A stretch of DNA of 63,984 bases, counting the filler, from Folioceros fuciformis (lineage: Eukaryota): the NCBI GenBank assembly GCA_049999805.1. It is 5 parts of 3 records of this genome, joined end to end, with 100 filler letters (N's around TTAATTAATTAA, not from the genome) between each part and the next. Parts side by side here need not be neighbours in the genome. Positions count along the whole stretch, not along the records: positions 55,696 to 59,884 come from JBNGIO010006233.1; positions 59,985 to 63,984 come from JBNGIO010006239.1; 3 more parts are not named here. The stretch is one strand, 5' to 3'. Below the pieces are notes generated by a model. That model saw only the letters and a list, made by a program, of their open reading frames with translations, had not been told where the DNA came from and ran no database searches. The translations under genes were made by a program, and so were the position numbers. This document shows positions 57,960 through 63,984 of this stretch, in pieces. Every line of letters starts with the position of its first letter. The stretch's first letter is position 1.

Positions 57960-58680
57960 TTCAATATAAGGTATAAAATCGAGATTTTTTGCAGAGACAC
58001 TAACAATAATGTTAGGAACATTGAGAAAAAATTTCAGAATTTTTTTCAACACGGAAGTATATTTTTTTATTTTCCCAATTCAGAAAAATAGGGAAATTAA
58101 AAAAAAAAAACCATAAGGTATAAAATTGAGATTTTTTGCAGGGGGGCCAAGAATAATGTCAGTAGCACTGGGAAAAATTTTCAGAATTTTTTTCAAGCCG
58201 GAAGTATATTATTTTATTTTCCCAATTGGGAAAAATTGGGAAGATCGTAAAAAAAAAACCGTTCGATATTTTTGAGTTCCGTCACTTGGAGAAGGTCCTA
58301 AAAATCATGTTTTATGTGTGGTGAAATTATGGCAAAGAAATTTTGAAGAAAAAGTGGCCTTGACATGGTTTGGCATTCGTTTGGCGCCCACGGCATGCCC
58401 ACGAGTGCTAGACCTCATCAACTCCATATTTTTTTTATTGATACCATGCTCTTTATTATGATGGGAACTTGTAGAGAATGATCTTTAGGACATTTTGGAA
58501 GCAATCTCTCGTTATTTCATCTAGCTTTCTATTTTTTACGATTTTCCAAAGTTCAAAACGGAACAAATCATAAAAAATAGAAAGCTAGACGAATTCATGA
58601 TCTCTTGCTTTGAAAATGTCCTAAATCCTCTACAATTTCGGTGGGGTTTGTATGGGGATTTTTGATAAAAAATGGTGTTG
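57960..58680. promoter_or_regulatory. AT-rich IGS region upstream of the Pol I start, with a ~147-bp direct duplication and a stem-loop
   Basis: ATAAGGTATAAAAT.GAGATTTTT..CAGAATTTTTTTCAA..CGGAAGTATAT at 57966 and 58113; inverted repeat TTCATCTAGCTTTCTATTTTTTA / TAAAAAATAGAAAGCTAGACGAA at ~58516-58593. Confidence 0.75.
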
Positions 58681-58699
58681 ATAGGGTTTGGCATTCGTG

Positions 58700-59884
58700 G
58701 CATGCTATTTTGGCACTGTCAGCCTCGCCATGACGCTTTGGCCAGTCATGGCATTGCATCAGCCTCGCTAGGAAGCCTTGGCATTGTATTGGCAAGCCTT
58801 GGCATTACATGTTGGCATGCCGCTCGAGTGAGAAACTCACCCTCGATGCCCCTCTCGAGCTTTGATTTAGTCTATAGCACGGGGTCGCCCCTCCCGTGCT
58901 TGCTTGCGTCACTTTCCTCTGGACAAGGTCGAACCCTAACACATGCCTTGCCACGCCGTGGCATTGCATTAGCCTCGCTAGGAAGCCTTGCATTAGCCTC
59001 GCTAGTTAGCCTTGCACTAGCCTCGCTAGGAAGCCTTGGCATTACATGTTGGCATGCCGCTCGAGCACGCAACTCACCCTCGATGCCCCTCTCGATCTTT
59101 GATTTAATCTATAGCATGGGGTCGCCCCNNNNNNNNNNCTAACACATGCCTTGCCACGCCGTGACATTGCATTAGCCTCGCTAGTTTGCCTTGCATTAGC
59201 CTCGCTAGGAAGCCTTGCATTAGCCTCGCTAGTTAGCCTTGCACTAGCCTCGCTAGGAAGCCTTGGCATTACATGTTGGCATGCCGCTCGAGCACGCAAC
59301 TCACCCTCGATGCCCCTCTCGATCTTTGATTTAGTCTATGGCATGGGGTCGCCCCTCCCGTGCTTGCTTGCGTCACTTTCCTTTGGGCAAGGTCGAACCC
59401 TAACACATGCCTTGCCACGCCATGGCATTGCGCTGCGAACCCTAATTCTCCGTCAGCCATGGCCACCATGGTAGGCCACTATCCTACCATCAAAAGTTGA
59501 TAGGGCAGATATTTGAATGAGCAACTCACCCTCGGTGCCCCTCTCGAGCTTTGATTTAGGAAGCCTTGGCATCACATGTTGGCATGCCGCTCGAGTGAGC
59601 ATCTCACCCTCGATGCCCTTCTCGAGCTTTGCTTTAGTCTATAGCACGGGGTCGCCCCTCCCGTGCTTGCTTGCGTCACTTTCCTCTGGGCAAGGTCGAA
59701 CCCTAACACATGCCTTGGCACGCCGTGGCATTGCGCTGCGAACCCTAATTCTCCGTCAGCCATGGCCACCATGGTAGGCCACTATCCTACCATCAAAAGT
59801 TGATAGGGCAGATATTTGAATGAGCAACTCACCCTCGATGCCCCGCTCGAGCTTTGATTTAGGAAGCCTTGGCATCACATGTTG
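58700..59884 (-). repeat. rDNA IGS subrepeats upstream of the AT-rich region
   Basis: Same repeat family as 55696-56885, including ~22-bp GCATTAGCCTCGCTAG(GAA/TTA)GCCTT microrepeats and two 18S-derived modules. Confidence 0.9.
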
Positions 59885-59984
59885 NNNNNNNNNNNNNNNN
59901 NNNNNNNNNNNNNNNNNNNNNNNNNNNNTTAATTAATTAANNNNNNNNNNNNNNNNNNNNNNNNNNNNNNNNNNNNNNNNNNNN
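59885..59984. other. Artificial contig linker
   Basis: N44-TTAATTAATTAA-N44. Confidence 0.95.
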
Positions 59985-60177
59985 GAAGCTTGCGCAGGAA
60001 GTTGGACTCTTTGAGTTTAGTGATGAAGATGATGACTTGAACACACAAGTTGATGTGGATCTTGATCGTGCATCGGTGAACACAAAACTCTCACACGAGA
60101 ATTACTGGTTCTTTAGAAACTTCAACATGGATGAAGACGCTAAAGAAAGGGACGAAATGCTTGCTGCTTTGTAGTCA

Positions 60178-60991
60178 ATGACCAGCGGTGGTTTTAAAGA
60201 GAAGGACCATCTGGTCACAGGCAGTGAATATAACATATGGGTTATGCGAATGCAAGGAACTCTTGAAGAGAAAAACCTATGGGGCATGGTAAGTGGAGAT
60301 GTACCAAAGCCTGAATTAACCTCAGCTGACTTCCCAGTGTGGAGCATTGCAGACATCAAAGCTAGGAACCTCATCAGGTCAGGCCTGGCTCCAGAGATGC
60401 TACGTCAGGCTTCCGATGGCCCAAGGGACTCAGCCAAGGACATGTGGGATCATTTGGCGATGATGTTCGCCTCCCACGACATGGCCACGTCCATGTCCCC
60501 CTCTGCAAGGTACCATGGCCTGCGAATGACAGAGGGAGAGTCAGTTGAGCACTACATTGCTAGATTTCGCATTGCACGTGCTAAGCTAAGCTCCACAGGC
60601 ATTAAAGTCATTGACTATGAAGCAGGATGCAGACTGCTAAGCTCATTACCTCCAAGTTTTGGGCCGTTTGTTACTGGCGAGTAGGCTATGGTAAAGGTCG
60701 AAGCCAGAATCTCGAAAGCCTTGAAGATAGACTCAGATCCCATGACATTTAACGGTGTTGTTGGTGCTATGCTGTAGGAGGAAGCCACGAGGCTGTCCTC
60801 TTGATCTGGAAGACAGCAGACACAGGGTCAGCAAGCCCTGTTTGCTGATAGGGGAAAACCCTTTAAGCGAGGCAAAGGGGGTTCATGGAATGCAAGTCGA
60901 GGAGGAAGGTCAAGCAGACCTGGACAGAGCTCAAGCAGCCAGATGCAAGCAGGAAACTGCAACTGGTGTGGAATACCTGGCCATTGGGCCC
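60178..60991 (+). mobile_element. Decayed Ty1/copia gag (UBN2-type) interrupted within its zinc knuckle
   Basis: YNIWVMRMQGTLEEKNLWGMV, SAKDMWDHL, MTEGESVEHYIARF, LLSSLPPSF, in-frame stops, then CNWCGIPGHWA cut off by the next LTR. Confidence 0.88.
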
Positions 60992-61175
60992 TGTGAGAAA
61001 CCCAGTTAGTTAGGGTTTAGTTTCGTCACTCGTTAGGAGGTAATTAGCATTAGCGGTTATTTCTCGAGATTCAGTTGAAAGCCGTTCAACTGCTACGTTC
61101 ATGTACTTAAGAGCTGAAACAATAAATAAAGTTGTTGTCGTGCGAATTCTGGCAACCTGGCCATGGTATCAGAGC
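60992..61175 (+). mobile_element. Short 5' LTR (~172 bp, TG...CA) plus tRNA-iMet primer-binding site of a second LTR retrotransposon
   Basis: TGTGAGAAACCC...AATAAATAAA...CCTGGCCA (60992-61163) directly followed by TGGTATCAGAGC (61164-61175). Confidence 0.8.
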
Positions 61176-61286
61176 TGCAGCGAACACGGTTGATCGGCGC
61201 ACTCTGCGCGCATGAGCCTTTTGATCCTGAGAGAGCATACAGCTTCAAAAATCAAAAGTGCATTCATTTTTACTCAACGGCGCGTG

Positions 61287-61643
61287 TGGTATGCAAGGCA
61301 GGGCAGAAACTCAGTTCCAAGAGGAAACCCTTTTGATGAAGGAACGCTCTAGGAGCTACATGGTGAAGGAGAGGAGAGGAGGAGGCAAAGAGGAGAGAAG
61401 AAAGAGAGGTCACACACTCACAATAGAGTCACACATACAAGGGAGCTCAAGGGGGTATTTATACCCTCTAGAAGAGCTCCCTAGGAAGCTTCACAAGAAG
61501 CCCACAAGAAGCTGCACAAGAAGCTTCCTAGAGATTAGCTTAAGCTAATCTAAACTAATGATACTTAACTAGACACTAATCTTAGACTAAACACATTAGT
61601 CTAGGCACATTGGGCTTCAATAACCCTACAACCGCCCCCTTAA
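61287..61643 (-). mobile_element. 3' LTR (~344 bp) and polypurine tract of the minus-strand copia element
   Basis: On the minus strand, PPT AAGGGGGCGGT is followed by TGTAGGG (61630) ... TATAAATA ... TGCATACCA (61287; could extend to 61285). Confidence 0.8.
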
Positions 61644-61671
61644 AGGCCAATTACCTTGGTAGGAGAGTGAT

Positions 61672-63984
61672 CTACCTCGTGCCCATGAGTGTCCGAGCTT
61701 GTGCAAATTGCTCCGAAGAGAGCCCCTTGGTGAGAACATCTGCAGGGTTCTGACTGGTGTGAACTTTGACAAGTTGTACCCTCTTGTCTTCCAACAGCTC
61801 TCGAATGAAGTGATACTTCACTTCCACATGTTTGGTCTTCGCATGAAACACTGGCTTCCTCGCCAATTGGATAGCACTCTGGCTATCACAGTGCAACACT
61901 AGTAGCTCAACCTTGATCCCCAAATCTCCCACTAAACGAGCAAGCCACATGGCTTCCTTGCACGCCTCAGTTGCTGCAACATACTCGGCCTCTGTGGTAG
62001 ATAACGTTATGCACGATTGCAAACGCGATCGCCATGAAACTGCCCCTCCAGTGCACATGAAGACATAACCTGATGTGGACCTCCTTTTGTCCATATCCCC
62101 TGCATAATCAGCATTTGTATATCCCACGACAGATGCATCTTCACTACCAAAACATAAGCACAAAGCTTTTGTACCATTCAAGTACCTCATAACTCCTTTC
62201 ACTGCCTCCCAATGCTTCCTACCAGGGTTTGACATAAACCTGCTAACCACTCCCACTGCAAAGGCAATGTGAGGACGTGTAGCAATCATTGCATACATCA
62301 AACTCCCTACAGCTGATGAGTATGGAACCTTCTCCATTTCAGCTTTGTCTTCCGCAGAGCTTGGGCAATCCTTGCTGGAAAGTTTCACATATGGAGGCAA
62401 TGGAGTACTCAATACCTTCCCCTTCTCCATGTTGAAACATTGAAGCACCTTGTTAATGTATTCAGTTTGAGACAAGTAAAGCAAATGCTTATGTCGGTCT
62501 CGACGAATACTCATACCAAGAATATGGCTTGCCTCTCCCAAGTCTGTCATATCAAAGTGAGCATTCAACTTTGACTTCAGTGCTGAAATCTCATCACTGT
62601 TATTGCCAGCAATTAGCATATCATCCACATAGAGGACCAGAATGAGCAAGCTTCCATCCTTAGCTTGCTTTGTAAAGAGGCAATGATCCTCCTCGCTATG
62701 CTTGTAGCCTTGAGAAAGCATAAACGAGTGGAACTTGTAATACCACTCCCTGGGTGCTTGCTTCAAACCATAAAGGCTCTTCTTTAACCTGCACACCAGA
62801 TTCTCTTTGCCCTTCTCAATGAAACCCTCTGGTTGCTGCATCTATACCTCTTCCTGGAGATCACCATGCAGAAATGCCGACTTCACATCCATCTGGACAA
62901 GTTCCATGTCGTGCCTCGCAACCAGACCAAGAACACATCGCAAGGTGGTCATTTTGACAACTGGCGAGAAAATCTCATCAAAGTCAATACCTTGCTGTTG
63001 CTTGAAACCTTTAGCAACCAATCGTGCCTTGTACTTGGGTTTGTCATAATAGGGTATGTCTTTCATCTTGTACACCCATTTGCATGGCAATACCTTCTTG
63101 CCCTTAGGCAACCGAACCAACTCCCAGGTTTGGTTTTTATGGAGTGAATCCATCTGCGACTGCATCGCCTTCCCACCTGTCTTTGTCACCTGTCTTTGTC
63201 AGTCACTGACATGGCCTCTTGATAACAAGAAGGCTCCCCACAATCCGTCAACATGACATAATCAAGAGATGCAACATACCTGTCATGAGGACGTGAAATC
63301 CTTCCTGACCTACGAAGCACTGGCGCTTCGACCGGAGCTGGTTGCACTCTCTCCTCTTCTACAAGTGGAGGAACTTGGTCCTGCACATCACGACGGTCAA
63401 CCTGCGCGGGACGGTCAAGTCCATCTTCTTGGAAGACCACCCGTCACACCTCCACAGTTGGAGTAGGCTTTTTGTGCATCTTGGTCTCATTGAAGAACAC
63501 GTCATTGTTGCGAACCACCCTCTTGGCTTCTGGATCCCATAGACGGTATCCCATCTCACCAGATTCACCGTAGCCAAGAAAAATACATTTCTTGGACTTG
63601 GGTGCCAACTTGTCCCGAAACTCCTTTGGGTAATTGTAGTATGCCTCGCAGCCAAACACTCGTAGATGCTTGTATGACGGCTTCTTTCCAGACCACATCT
63701 CCTCTGGAACTTGTTCATCCACAGCCCTATTAGGAGATCTGTTAATAAGATGCACCGCAGTAACCACTGCTTCTGCCCAAAATCCGTTAGTCAATCCAGA
63801 GTTTGACAATAAACTACGCATCCTCTCCTGGATGGTCCTGTTCATCCGTTCGGCCACACCATTCTGGGGAGGAGTATACGGGGCAGTCAATTCTCTCCTG
63901 ATTCCCTTGGAATCACAGAATGACTGGAAAGCCTTCGAAACATACTCTCCCCCATTGTCTGTCCTTAGACACTTCAGTCGGAGG
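61672..63984 (-). mobile_element. Ty1/copia pol (integrase-RT-RNase H), lightly disabled, runs off the window end
   Basis: [92 protein letters not shown]. In-frame stops at 63444 and 62842; a 13-bp duplication frameshift near 63175-63200. Confidence 0.97.

Noticed and set aside
55644-59777. ORFs with ALASLGS or SEANARL repeats
   Set aside because: They are translations of non-coding rDNA spacer subrepeats.
13455-59984. Recurrent TTAATTAATTAA motif as a biological repeat or regulatory site
   Set aside because: It is always centred in exactly 44+44 Ns and encodes stops in all six frames, so it is a concatenation linker. Adjacency across it has no biological meaning.
61672-63984. Stop codons in copia pol repaired by RNA editing or programmed readthrough
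   Set aside because: Plant U-to-C editing is organellar. Together with the 13-bp frameshift, ordinary mutational decay explains the stops.

Overview
Eukaryotic (plant) draft-genome sequence. It is not one locus: five contigs are joined by artificial N44-TTAATTAATTAA-N44 linkers (contigs 1-13454, 13555-32593, 32694-55595, 55696-59884, 59985-63984). The first three contigs look like a compact non-seed land-plant genome, with ~70-160 bp introns and a PLS-PPR gene carrying extra-long 'LL'-type motifs, which suggests a hornwort (inference). They encode: ATP sulfurylase; a G-protein alpha subunit with no visible intron; an SRPBCC/polyketide-cyclase-like protein; a small Cys-motif protein of unknown function; an HpcH/HpaI aldolase; a divergent RRP1/Nop52-derived ORF with a basic 17-aa repeat tail and a decayed partial duplicate; a germin-like protein; an intronless 1546-aa ABCC transporter; and a tight run of probably organelle-targeted genes (small membrane protein, KPHMT/panB, CAF1-type CRM splicing factor, guanylate kinase, E+ PPR). 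Several decayed CRE-like (RLE-type) non-LTR retrotransposon pieces lie among them. Contig 4 is one rDNA unit whose 18S-26S body is collapsed to 10 Ns. Its IGS subrepeats contain an ~85-bp 18S rRNA fragment, and it looks eudicot-like, so it may be a contaminant. Contig 5 is a nest of three LTR retrotransposon pieces. The most notable observations are the 18S-derived module in the IGS repeats, an apparently shared transit-peptide start in the adjacent GK and CAF1 genes, the RRP1-derived repeat protein, and the intronless ABCC and G-alpha genes. No clearly new multi-gene system could be established from sequence alone.
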